The notes under the pieces are model-generated. The model was given only the letters and a program-made list of their open reading frames with translations, did no database searches and was not told the DNA's origin. A program made the position numbers and the translations under genes. From positions 1 to 27,024 of IMG/VR virus record IMGVR_UViG_3300020043_009093: 27,024 bases of DNA. One strand, written 5' to 3'. The stretch is from a virus (Duplodnaviria > Caudoviricetes). Shown in pieces: positions 1-7,680 of this stretch (positions are counted from its first letter, which is position 1; every line of letters starts with the position of its first letter).

Positions 1-115
1 CGGCTTGCTTAGCCTCAATTTCGGCGATCCACTGTCCACGCAGTTGATCACGTGCCTTGACGTCTTTGATTTTTGCCAACGTTGCTAACCGACTTTTACT
101 TAACTTTACTTCCAT
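1..115 (-). CDS. Hypothetical protein, N-terminal part (MEVKLSKSRLATLAKIKDVKARDQLRGQWIAEIEAKQA...), runs off the window
   Basis: Not in the ORF track. ATG at 115 on the - strand with an AGGAGA Shine-Dalgarno at 125-130, and the frame is open to position 1. Confidence 0.7.
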   Translation of the reverse strand, partial: MEVKLSKSRLATLAKIKDVKARDQLRGQWIAEIEAKQA

Positions 116-898
116 GATTATTTCTCTCCTAAATGCTAACTCCCCATGGAGTTAGACTAGTTTATTTCGCGCTGAAGCCCGTTGCTCAACGCTTGCAACC
201 CTAGATTGCAGTTGCCGTGCCACACCGCTCACGCCCAAAAACCCACGCTGCCACTGCCACACTTTTAGGCGCTAAATCGAATTCAAAGAGTATTCAGACG
301 CTCGGAGTTGAGCTCATTGACGAACTTTTAGGCAACGTGCCCAAAAACGCGACACGTGCCGCATATAGAGTCGACGTTCCAAACGGCCAAATTCAATTTC
401 CTGTTCGCCGAGCTCGAAATCGCGCGCACTATTCACTATATATGCAAACCGATTTTTGCCCGAATTCCAGCAGTGCACGCATACACGCCGTGCACGCACA
501 CTAAACGAATACGTATTCAGGCAGGAGGCGCTTATCCCCGCGATCATATGTCGCTAGAATTTTTGGACAGCCAAATCGCAATATTTCCTCATTTTCCGAC
601 AGGGCTGTTTAATTAAATCTCCCAGCTCCCAATTTTCTAATTAAATTTAATTCGCTTTTTCCAATTAGCAGAAAAAGCCATCACTTTCCGGCTTTCGCTT
701 CGTCTGGCCAGTATCTACTGGCCAATCGGCCCACTATTTGTCCAGCATTTTTCAATATTTACTCACTGCGTTATATTTTAATTTTCTATAGTAATTTCAT
801 ATATTTATCTTATTTATTTATTATTTATTATTTAAAATTGTCCAGTAAGACCAGTATTTTTCATAAGTCAGTATCTTTCTATAAAAAGCTATCTTCAA

Positions 899-940
899 AT
901 AAGAATAAATAAGAATAGATAAGAATACGTATAAGAAAAT
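899..940 (+). repeat. Tandem 10-bp repeat ATAAGAATAN x3 plus a degenerate fourth copy
   Basis: ATAAGAATAA ATAAGAATAG ATAAGAATAC GT ATAAGAAAAT read directly. Confidence 0.8.
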
Positions 941-1140
941 ATCCTTAAGGATATTGAAAAAATACCGGCTTTTCTGGCCAAACGGCCCCCAAATCTCCCG
1001 AGAGCCAAGCCTACAAAGGTTCTACGGCTAGTCCACTAAAATTCTTTAACTGGCCACAAGTCCAGCTTTCTCACACCCCAAAAACACCGAAGATCCTTTA
1101 CCATGGCCGCTCTGCCCGAGTCCCGGCCACCTAAAATGCC

Positions 1141-1200
1141 TTGCTGGACACTGCTGGCCACCGTCGTCCATTTCCGGCCACTGCTGCCCATTTCTGGCCG
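1141..1200 (+). repeat. Six degenerate tandem decamers, consensus YTKCTGGCCA
   Basis: TTGCTGGACA CTGCTGGCCA CCGTCGTCCA TTTCCGGCCA CTGCTGCCCA TTTCTGGCCG. Confidence 0.8.
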
Positions 1201-1455
1201 CCAAACCGAAAAAGTCGAAAAAACGCCAGAAAATCGAAAACCCTCGGAAACTAATGGTTTTTTGCAATTATTAAAGCTAGGCTGTGGTCCATGCAGCTCT
1301 TTGGTTTTGAAAACCCGGCTTTGCCGGCGATAATCCATGTCGCACCGCGTCCAATCTTCGACATAGACGGCGAGGACGAGGCCTTGGCGAGGCTTTTGGG
1401 GTTCAAGCCAGGGCTTAGCCGCCACCCGAGGCCAAAAGCGCACCAAGGCCCGTTT

Positions 1456-1833
1456 ATGGGCAAAAAACTGGGCTATAAAAGGCGTCGCCCTATATCACTA
1501 GCCCGTGGTCGATTAAGGGCATCGAGGGTCATAGAGGAATTCGGTGGTCTTGCGAAGCTCCAGAAGGCTTTAGAGCGTGTTGGGAGTTACCGATCGATCC
1601 CGACTCTTTGCCGCTGGAGATTGGATAAGAGCGCTGGCGGTACTGGCGGAGCTGTCCCTAGGTCTGCTGGCTATGAGGTCTTTGTCGCCGCAGTCTTAGC
1701 CGGGATTAATACAAAGAGTTGGCCAATTGAAGTTAAAGAACCGTTTAAGCCGCTCGTCGTGAGAAAGACGCGACCGAAAAAAGGTTTTGGCGGAAGAAAC
1801 GCTGGAAGACGAAAGGCGATATCGCAGACATGA
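1456..1833 (+). CDS. Cro-like HTH DNA-binding protein with a basic tail
   Basis: The segment VIEEFGGLAKLQKAL...TLCRWR...GGTGGAVP resembles phage Cro-like HTH proteins. The in-frame ATG at 1456 is preferred over 1291. The stop overlaps the next start (ATGA). Confidence 0.55.
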   Translation: MGKKLGYKRRRPISLARGRLRASRVIEEFGGLAKLQKALERVGSYRSIPTLCRWRLDKSAGGTGGAVPRSAGYEVFVAAVLAGINTKSWPIEVKEPFKPLVVRKTRPKKGFGGRNAGRRKAISQT

Positions 1834-2360
1834 GTGACGAATTTCTCCAAGGCAAGCACGGATTGATCATCGGCGTGGACCCAGGGCTTTCCGGCGCAAT
1901 AGCCTTCTTGCGCACAACAGACCGTAAGCTCCATGTCCACGACATGCCGACTTACACGAAGTTGAATTCCAGAAAGGAGATTGAGATCGACACGCTCGTT
2001 GCGCTCATTAAGCCATATCTGACTTACTACCGCCCCGTTGCAATAGTGGAAGACGTGTCTGCAATGACTTACGTCGATAGATTTGGTCAGAAACGTGGCC
2101 AAGGAGCTGCTGCATCTTTTGCGTTTGGAAAGAGTTTCGGGATTATTTTGGCAGTGTTGGAGACTTTAGGCGTGAACTACCTGACAGTAAAACCAGCGGT
2201 CTGGAAAGCGCAGATGAATTTGTCTTCAGATAAAGAGCTTTCGCGAAAATTAGCGTTGAAGATTTACCCTCGTAATGAGAAAGATTTTGCATTGAAGAAA
2301 CATGATGGCAGAGCAGAAGCAGCACTGCTTTGCGAGTTTGGTGTGAAGGGGTTGTTGTGA
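1830..2360 (+). CDS. RuvC-like Holliday junction resolvase
   Basis: IIGVDPGLSGAIA, AIVEDV, FAFGKSFG, PAVWK and DGRAEAALL motifs of phage RuvC-like nucleases. Confidence 0.85.
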   Translation: MSDEFLQGKHGLIIGVDPGLSGAIAFLRTTDRKLHVHDMPTYTKLNSRKEIEIDTLVALIKPYLTYYRPVAIVEDVSAMTYVDRFGQKRGQGAAASFAFGKSFGIILAVLETLGVNYLTVKPAVWKAQMNLSSDKELSRKLALKIYPRNEKDFALKKHDGRAEAALLCEFGVKGLL

Positions 2361-2701
2361 CCGACAAAGATATAGACGACATAGAGAAAAAATTAGGAAT
2401 CGTCGAAACACACGAAGATGGCTACGATTTGCTTTGGGCTATTTCAGATCTCATTGCCGAAATTCGTCGCTTGAAAAATCTTTACGCTGAGCCAGGTACC
2501 GGCATTTCTAAAGAATTATTCGACAGCGTTTGCGCAGAAAGAGACGCTCTGTACGAAGAGGTTAGTGAGCTTAAAAGATCGCGTGATATAGCACCAACAG
2601 TCTATTTCCTACCTGGGCCAGATTCATGGACAGATGAGCGGATTCATGGCGTTACTCACTCAGCAAAAGTGATCGACATCAAGAAGCTTTCGGAGTTTTG
2701 A
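2357..2701 (+). CDS. Hypothetical protein (helical, coiled-coil-like)
   Basis: GTGA start/stop overlap with the resolvase gene, and coupled to the next ORF. Confidence 0.65.
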   Translation: MTDKDIDDIEKKLGIVETHEDGYDLLWAISDLIAEIRRLKNLYAEPGTGISKELFDSVCAERDALYEEVSELKRSRDIAPTVYFLPGPDSWTDERIHGVTHSAKVIDIKKLSEF

Positions 2702-2919
2702 TTGTGAAATTCCTTACTAAACTCTCCTACAAAATCCTCCGGCCGCCAGTCTACGCCGACACCGTATCCGAAAATCAAATCTATGAAGAGATGCGCCAAG
2801 ACATGATCAACAAAGGTTTTTCACGATCGAAGATTGAAAGCGCGTTGCTTGGCGTAAAGCGCTACGTCGGAATGACTCGTCAGAATAGAAAGCTTTGGAG
2901 AAAACATTTTGAAGCTTGA
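2698..2919 (+). CDS. Hypothetical protein
   Basis: TTGA overlap with the upstream stop; fills the operon. Confidence 0.55.
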   Translation: MIVKFLTKLSYKILRPPVYADTVSENQIYEEMRQDMINKGFSRSKIESALLGVKRYVGMTRQNRKLWRKHFEA

Positions 2920-3004
2920 TCCATATCAGTACGAATTTTTGCTCAACGCGCTCATCGTTCTCGCAGCGGTGGTCAGTGCAGTGATTTTCTTTGGAGGATA
3001 CTAA
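2909..3004 (+). CDS. Small membrane peptide (31 aa, MKLDPYQYEFLLNALIVLAAVVSAVIFFGGY)
   Basis: Not in the ORF track. TTG start with GGAG at 2897-2900 and one clear hydrophobic helix. Confidence 0.45.
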   Translation: MKLDPYQYEFLLNALIVLAAVVSAVIFFGGY

Positions 3005-3065
3005 TGACATAGAAGCTGCGGTTAATCAGTGGAATAACAATTTGAGAACAAACGAGGAAACAAAA

Positions 3066-3263
3066 ATGAGAGAAGACCACAAGCTACTACAGTTTTTTAA
3101 CTACGCGCATTTGCCGGCGCACCTACAGGAGTTGAGTAAACCGTTTCACGAATTGGCGCACGCGATTTGGGATAAGTTACAAGATAACCCCGAAACAACT
3201 ACGGCGCTGCGCAAACTCTTGGAAGCAAAAGACTGCGCGGTTCGGAGTGTGATTTATAAATAG
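3066..3263 (+). CDS. Small helical-hairpin phage protein, possibly related to Acb2/Tad1 nucleotide sponges
   Basis: GAGGA SD before ATG 3066. The pattern LQFFxYxHLPxHLQ..SKPF..LA...NPE.T.ALRKLLEAKDCAVR is a phage family I recognise; the sponge link is inference. Confidence 0.6.
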   Translation: MREDHKLLQFFNYAHLPAHLQELSKPFHELAHAIWDKLQDNPETTTALRKLLEAKDCAVRSVIYK

Positions 3264-3279
3264 TTTCCCGCAAGGGAAT

Positions 3280-3416
3280 GGAGCGAGCGGCGTGGAAGGA
3301 CACGCAGAGTTAACTAGTTTGTCGTTGGTGAGCTCAGACAACAATCCAACACACTCTCATTCTGTTCTCTGCTCTGAGGCTCGAACGGAAGCCGGAATCA
3401 AGCCCGACCTCGCTCC
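3280..3416 (+). ncRNA. tRNA-like structured RNA (8-bp acceptor-like stem, D-like arm, expanded anticodon-position domain, long variable arm, T-like arm)
   Basis: Stems GGAGCGAG/CTCGCTCC, GCGTG/CACGC, AGAGT/ACTCT, TTCTGTTC/GAACGGAA and GCCGG/CCGAC (one mismatch) occur in cloverleaf order. Confidence 0.65.
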
Positions 3417-3425
3417 GAAAATTTA

Positions 3426-3507
3426 GCCAGCTTCAGTCAGGCAACTGACTGCGGGGACGTCCAATCCCTCGACGCCAACTCTCACACCATGAGAAAAAGT
3501 AGCTGGC
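3426..3507 (+). ncRNA. Multi-stem RNA motif, copy A
   Basis: GCCAGCT/AGCTGGC closes CAGTCAG-GCAA-CTGACTG, GGGA/TCCC and TCTCA/TGAGA hairpins; same layout as 8315-8384. Confidence 0.65.
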
Positions 3508-3518
3508 ATTTTAATTTT

Positions 3519-3728
3519 ATGATTCGCACACACTGTAAAAACGGCCATCCATGGACGACAGAGAACGTCTACGCCACGCCGAACAAAAGCCGTGGCATGA
3601 GAGATACCGCGTATTGCCGTATCTGTAACCGCCTTGGTAAGCAGAAGCGAATGGAACGTGAGCCTGAAGTTGTAAGAGCTAATCGACGATTACGAGCAGA
3701 ACGAGAAAAAAAGCGATGTCGAAAATAA
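3519..3728 (+). CDS. Stand-alone Cys/His zinc-binding domain like the C-terminal domain of phage HNH endonucleases
   Basis: THCKNGHPWTTENVY...CRICNR motif with no HNH catalytic core. ATG 3519 is preferred because 3489 lies inside the RNA structure. Confidence 0.6.
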   Translation: MIRTHCKNGHPWTTENVYATPNKSRGMRDTAYCRICNRLGKQKRMEREPEVVRANRRLRAEREKKRCRK

Positions 3729-3949
3729 TCCCGCGCAATCTTAAAAGCCTTCGCAAACTGAGCCAAGACAGCGGCCTTAGTGGCACACCAGAAATCATTC
3801 TCGTTTGCTCTGAGTGTGAATCTCCTTTTCTCGTCACGACTTTTCGTGAAGAAGAAAATTTCGTTTCCCTTCACTGCCGCATGTGTGATTTGCCAGCGTT
3901 CTATTTAGAGATTGCGCCAGGAGCTCCACAACTTGCGATCGTGAAGTGA
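3716..3949 (+). CDS. Small zinc-ribbon protein
   Basis: CSEC and CRMC pairs; overlaps the upstream ORF and abuts the helicase. Confidence 0.55.
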   Translation: MSKIIPRNLKSLRKLSQDSGLSGTPEIILVCSECESPFLVTTFREEENFVSLHCRMCDLPAFYLEIAPGAPQLAIVK

Positions 3950-3952
3950 TGC

Positions 3953-5293
3953 GTGCTTAGACCAACGCTTTTCCCGTATCAAATCACTGGCCAGGAATGG
4001 TTAGCAGAGCGAAAGCACGCGCTTTTAGCCGACGAGATGGGCCTTGGAAAGACGGCCCAAGCAATTACCGCAGCGGATAAAATTGCCGCTAAAAATATAA
4101 TCGTGATATGCCCAGCCGTTGCTAGAATTAACTGGGACCGCGAGTTTCGTAAGTTTTCTGCCAGATTCCCATCAAAACAAATCTGCGTGGCGTGCAATAC
4201 AAGGACGTCCCTACCAGCCCCGTCTACCAGAGGTGGCGGGTTGATCCTAATCCTCTCTTACGAGCTCGCGGTTTACCACCACACCAATAACGCATTCGAT
4301 GGCCAGCAATGGGATCTGTGCATTATCGACGAAGCGCACTTTCTTAAATCGATAGAAGCTAAGAGAACCAAAGCGATCTTAGGAAGCCAAGGAATTATTC
4401 GCCAAGCACAACGGACGTGGGCGTTAACCGGGACTCCCATGCCGAACCACCCTGGAGAGCTTTGGACGTTGCTCTATGTATTCGGCGGAACAAAGCTTAA
4501 GTACCAAGATTTCATTCAAAGATTCTGCAACTTCATTCCAGGCAGTGGCTTTAATAGCGGCAACATGCGCATTAGCGGCTTAAAACAAAGCAATGCGCTT
4601 GAGCTCAAAGAGATTCTAAAGTCTGTTTGCTTGCGGCGATTGAAGAAAGACGTGCTGAAAGAGCTGCCGCCCGTATCTGTTCACTCAGTGGCAGTTGAGC
4701 GCAACGAAGTAGAGCTGACTGAGGAGGAAATCGCTAGAGTGAAAGAAGAGCTAGGCTTCCTTGCAGAAGTCCCATCTGTCACACACTTGGAGATGATTGC
4801 AGGTAGCGTCTCTACACTGCGCAGGTACTTAGGGCTTGCGAAAGTAAAGAGCTGTGCCGAGATGATTGCTTCAGAACTTGAATCAGACGCCTACCCGAAG
4901 ATTGTGATTTTTGCGTACCACAAAGAAGTGATTCGCCAAATGTTTCAGGCACTTCAGAAGTTTGGTCCAGTGGCCATTACTGGAGACACTTCACCAACTG
5001 ACCGCCAAGCGAACGTCGACCGCTTTCAAACAAAATCTAGTTGCCGAGTGTTCTTAGGAAATATCCGCGCTGCGGGAACCGCCATCACCTTGACTGCAGC
5101 GGATCAAGTTTTTTTCGTTGAACAAGATTGGACCCCATCTGAGAATGCGCAAGCTCTTTCTAGATGCCATCGCATTGGTCAGCAGAACCCTGTAACGGTT
5201 CGCTTTGCGGCTGTTAGCGATTCAATCGACGAAAGAGTCGCATCGGTGTTAGCGCGAAAAGCACGTGACTTTAAGACGCTCTTTGAGTCATAA
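3953..5293 (+). CDS. SNF2-family (DEAH) helicase/ATPase
   Basis: LADEMGLGKT (motif I), IIDEAH (II), LTGTP (III), AGTAITLTAA (V) and QALSRCHRIGQ (VI). Confidence 0.93.
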   Translation: MLRPTLFPYQITGQEWLAERKHALLADEMGLGKTAQAITAADKIAAKNIIVICPAVARINWDREFRKFSARFPSKQICVACNTRTSLPAPSTRGGGLILILSYELAVYHHTNNAFDGQQWDLCIIDEAHFLKSIEAKRTKAILGSQGIIRQAQRTWALTGTPMPNHPGELWTLLYVFGGTKLKYQDFIQRFCNFIPGSGFNSGNMRISGLKQSNALELKEILKSVCLRRLKKDVLKELPPVSVHSVAVERNEVELTEEEIARVKEELGFLAEVPSVTHLEMIAGSVSTLRRYLGLAKVKSCAEMIASELESDAYPKIVIFAYHKEVIRQMFQALQKFGPVAITGDTSPTDRQANVDRFQTKSSCRVFLGNIRAAGTAITLTAADQVFFVEQDWTPSENAQALSRCHRIGQQNPVTVRFAAVSDSIDERVASVLARKARDFKTLFES

Positions 5294-5431
5294 CGCTAAG
5301 TGTCTATAATTACTCAAACTTTTTTCTTGCAACTGAACCGCTGATCAGGGAAAAGTACTCTTCATAGGTATTAACAAGTTTTTGAGGAGTTAGGAACTCT
5401 TCGCAAACGTTAAGTTTGAGGAGCTAGACAG

Positions 5432-5986
5432 ATGGGCAAGATCATCCACGTAATTGAAGCAGCGAACCACTTAGAGTTTAAACAGGCAGTCACCGAGCTG
5501 CATTCCATGGTGTGTCTTCCGGGAAGAGAAGCACTTAGTCGATACGACTCTCCAACTGTGGGACGAGTCTCCGATAGCAACGCCGATCTCCCTAACCCTC
5601 CCACAGAACAGCAGCCAGAAGCCGGAAAAAAGCGCGGTCGTAAGCCAGGCGCAAAGCAAGAAGTTAAGCAAGAAGAAGTCATCAAAGACGCCCCGCAAGC
5701 CATCCACATCGAAGAAGTCGAAGAAAAAAGCGTCATCTCCGCGTCGGCGATTAAGCAAGAAGCGGTCGTCTCCGCGCAAGTCGACCCGTTCTCTGAAGAA
5801 GTCGCGGCACCGCAACCACAGGTCTTAACGTTCGAGCTGATTCGCGATTCTCTTCACAAAGTGAACGAGAAGCACGGCATTGACACTGTTCGAAAGATTT
5901 TAGCTGACTTAGGCGTGCAGAAAGTAACGGCGATCAAAGAAGCCGACTATCCAAATGCATGGAAATTAATCAGCGCAGAGCTGTAA
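5432..5986 (+). CDS. Conserved APSE-type module protein (low-complexity linker plus small C-terminal helical domain)
   Basis: GAGGAG SD. The C-terminus LTFELIRDSL...HGIDTVRKILADLGVQKVTAIKEADY is typical of the gene preceding DUF2800. Contains a KKRGRKP AT-hook-like stretch. Confidence 0.7.
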   Translation: MGKIIHVIEAANHLEFKQAVTELHSMVCLPGREALSRYDSPTVGRVSDSNADLPNPPTEQQPEAGKKRGRKPGAKQEVKQEEVIKDAPQAIHIEEVEEKSVISASAIKQEAVVSAQVDPFSEEVAAPQPQVLTFELIRDSLHKVNEKHGIDTVRKILADLGVQKVTAIKEADYPNAWKLISAEL

Positions 5987-6018
5987 AAGCTTTAAAGGTT
6001 TCAAAATCTTAAAACAGT

Positions 6019-6138
6019 TTGGCGCTAGAGAGTCTGACAACAATAACTGAATCAACGTACTGGAAAGCGCTTCGACGACAACGATGGTTGCGGCAAACTT
6101 CTTGACTTGAAGTAGAAGCAAAAACTCTCTAGCGCCAA
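6019..6138 (+). ncRNA. Putative structured RNA closed by a perfect 15-bp inverted repeat
   Basis: TTGGCGCTAGAGAGT (6019-6033) and ACTCTCTAGCGCCAA (6124-6138) enclose 90 nt with small hairpins. Confidence 0.5.
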
Positions 6139-6159
6139 TTCACCTTTGGAAAGAGCATC

Positions 6160-6522
6160 ATGACACGAGAAGAACTTTTTGAACTGCACAAGAAAATGTG
6201 CGCATCAGCCCTAGAGCTGATGAAACGCAAGAACGCCGACTATTCCAAAACTTCGCCATTTGGCAATTTCATGGTGGCAGAAGCCATCCAAGCTTGCACC
6301 GCAGAAGCCGGAATCTTGGTTAGAATGACAGATAAAATTTCTCGCTTGGTTTCGATCTTAGACAAAGGCAACCAAGTCAAAGAAGAATCTGTCGACGATA
6401 CGATCATCGATATCATCAATTACGCGGTACTTTTAAAAGGCGTTATTGAGTCCAAGAAACCTTTAGAAGTTTACGGCATGTCTCCTCAGATGGCCATTTT
6501 TGAAGAAACTTTGGGCAAGTAA
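6160..6522 (+). CDS. DUF1599 / nucleotide-modification-associated domain protein (all-alpha NTP-pyrophosphatase-like)
   Basis: KRKNADY, PFGNF, GILVRMTDKISRL and ESVDDTIIDIINYA signature. Confidence 0.8.
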   Translation: MTREELFELHKKMCASALELMKRKNADYSKTSPFGNFMVAEAIQACTAEAGILVRMTDKISRLVSILDKGNQVKEESVDDTIIDIINYAVLLKGVIESKKPLEVYGMSPQMAIFEETLGK

Positions 6523-6525
6523 ACG

Positions 6526-7680
6526 ATGAGCTCACTACCAGCACATTCAGTTCTTGGCGCTTCGAGCATGTACCGTTGGAGCGCATGCCCTGGCAGCGTT
6601 CGGATGTCGAAGGGCATCGCTTCTACTGAGTCAGAGTTCGCAGCAGAAGGCACGTTTGCTCACGAAGCAGCAGCCGCAATGCTGACTGACGGACACTGGT
6701 CAATCAACATGGCGATTCCCGAGGAGATGAAAGACAATCTCAAGATTTACTTTAACGAGATTACTCGCCAGCTCGGGCCGCGGTTTGTTTCGTACGACCA
6801 CGCTATCAGAGCAAAAGCACTTTATGTTGAACATAGATTTGATATTTCGAGCGTCTACCCTGGCTGCTTCGGAACGGCTGATGCCGTGGTCTGGGATAAA
6901 TTCACAAGAACGCTTTACGTAACGGATTTGAAATATGGCGCAGGTATTGCCGTCGAAGTAGAGAAAAACGCGCAGTTGCTTTACTACGCACTTGGCGCGT
7001 TGATCACGCTGAAATTACCAGTGCTAAAAGTCGTGATCACTGTCGTTCAGCCACGTTGTCCGCATCAAGATGGCCCTGTGCGCAGTTGGACGATCTCCGC
7101 AATCGATCTCTTGGATTTCGAAGCAGACTTAGTGCAATTTGCTAAAGCTACCGAAGCACCAGATGCGCCGCTTGTAACCGGCGGCCACTGCCGATTCTGT
7201 CCTGCCGCTGGCATCTGTCCTCAAGTGCACAAAGAATCAACAGCACTCGCAGTTTCTGAGTTCTCGCCGACAACGACGTACTCACCACAGAACTTGGCGG
7301 ATACGCTCGATAAGCTCGACATGATCGAAGCTTGGTGCAAGTCAGTTAGAGCGTTTGCGTACGCAGAAGCGCAACACGGAAGAACTCCGCCAGGTTACAA
7401 GCTCGTGTCTCGTCGCCCGACTCGCAAGTGGGTTTACGACGAGAAAGAGACGGTTAAAGCGATCGTGCGTAAAGCAAAGATCGATCCGAATTTATGGTTC
7501 AATGAACCAACACTGATTTCTCCGGCGCAAGCCGAGAAAGTCCTCAAAGCCAACAACTTGCCAAAGGATCTTCTCGAAGATCTTTGGGCGTCTGTTAGCT
7601 CCGGGGTCAAACTAGTCCGCAGCGATTCCAAAGAAGAGCCTGTCATGGTTGGCCCTTCGGCAGAATTCACTGCACTTTAA
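6526..7680 (+). CDS. Cas4-like PD-(D/E)XK exonuclease (DUF2800)
   Basis: HSVLGASS..RW..CPGS, EGTFAHE, FGTAD, DLKYG, QLLYYALGA and HCRFCPAAGICP (Fe-S cysteines). Confidence 0.9.
   Translation: MSSLPAHSVLGASSMYRWSACPGSVRMSKGIASTESEFAAEGTFAHEAAAAMLTDGHWSINMAIPEEMKDNLKIYFNEITRQLGPRFVSYDHAIRAKALYVEHRFDISSVYPGCFGTADAVVWDKFTRTLYVTDLKYGAGIAVEVEKNAQLLYYALGALITLKLPVLKVVITVVQPRCPHQDGPVRSWTISAIDLLDFEADLVQFAKATEAPDAPLVTGGHCRFCPAAGICPQVHKESTALAVSEFSPTTTYSPQNLADTLDKLDMIEAWCKSVRAFAYAEAQHGRTPPGYKLVSRRPTRKWVYDEKETVKAIVRKAKIDPNLWFNEPTLISPAQAEKVLKANNLPKDLLEDLWASVSSGVKLVRSDSKEEPVMVGPSAEFTAL

Larger units (their letters stand above)
560..1200. promoter_or_regulatory. Putative replication origin or control region: AT-rich core flanked by TG(G/T)CCA-type repeats
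   Basis: No convincing ORF. Very AT-rich at about 760-960, many TGGCCA/TGTCCA/TGGACA sites, a palindrome at 705-724 and a decamer array at 1141-1200. Confidence 0.5.

Noticed and set aside
1141-1200. Decamer array as a mini-CRISPR or guide array
   Set aside because: The units are only 10 bp and contiguous, with no spacers.
217-1463. ORFs listed in the track within the left region (217-616 and 1036-1463)
   Set aside because: No SD sequences or recognisable motifs, mutually overlapping, and they run through DNA repeats. They are probably spurious.
3391-3408. GCCGG-AATC-AAGC-CCG resembles the twister ribozyme P4/L4
   Set aside because: I could not find the matching pseudoknot partner, P2 or cleavage-site context in the required order. 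The cloverleaf explains it better.
3426-3507. HDV-like (theta) ribozyme downstream of a tRNA-like element
   Set aside because: The stems are simply nested under one closing helix, and the HDV double-pseudoknot order is not evident.
5327-5356. Sigma70 promoter TTGCAA...AAAAGT
   Set aside because: The -10 match is too poor to support a call.
6019-6138. Retron msr-msd a1/a2 repeats or a MITE
   Set aside because: No reverse transcriptase or transposase in the window, a single copy only, and no clear target-site duplication.
6526-7680. Cas4-like gene as a sign of CRISPR-Cas
   Set aside because: No repeat-spacer array or other cas genes are present. DUF2800 next to SSB and PolA is a standard phage replication module.
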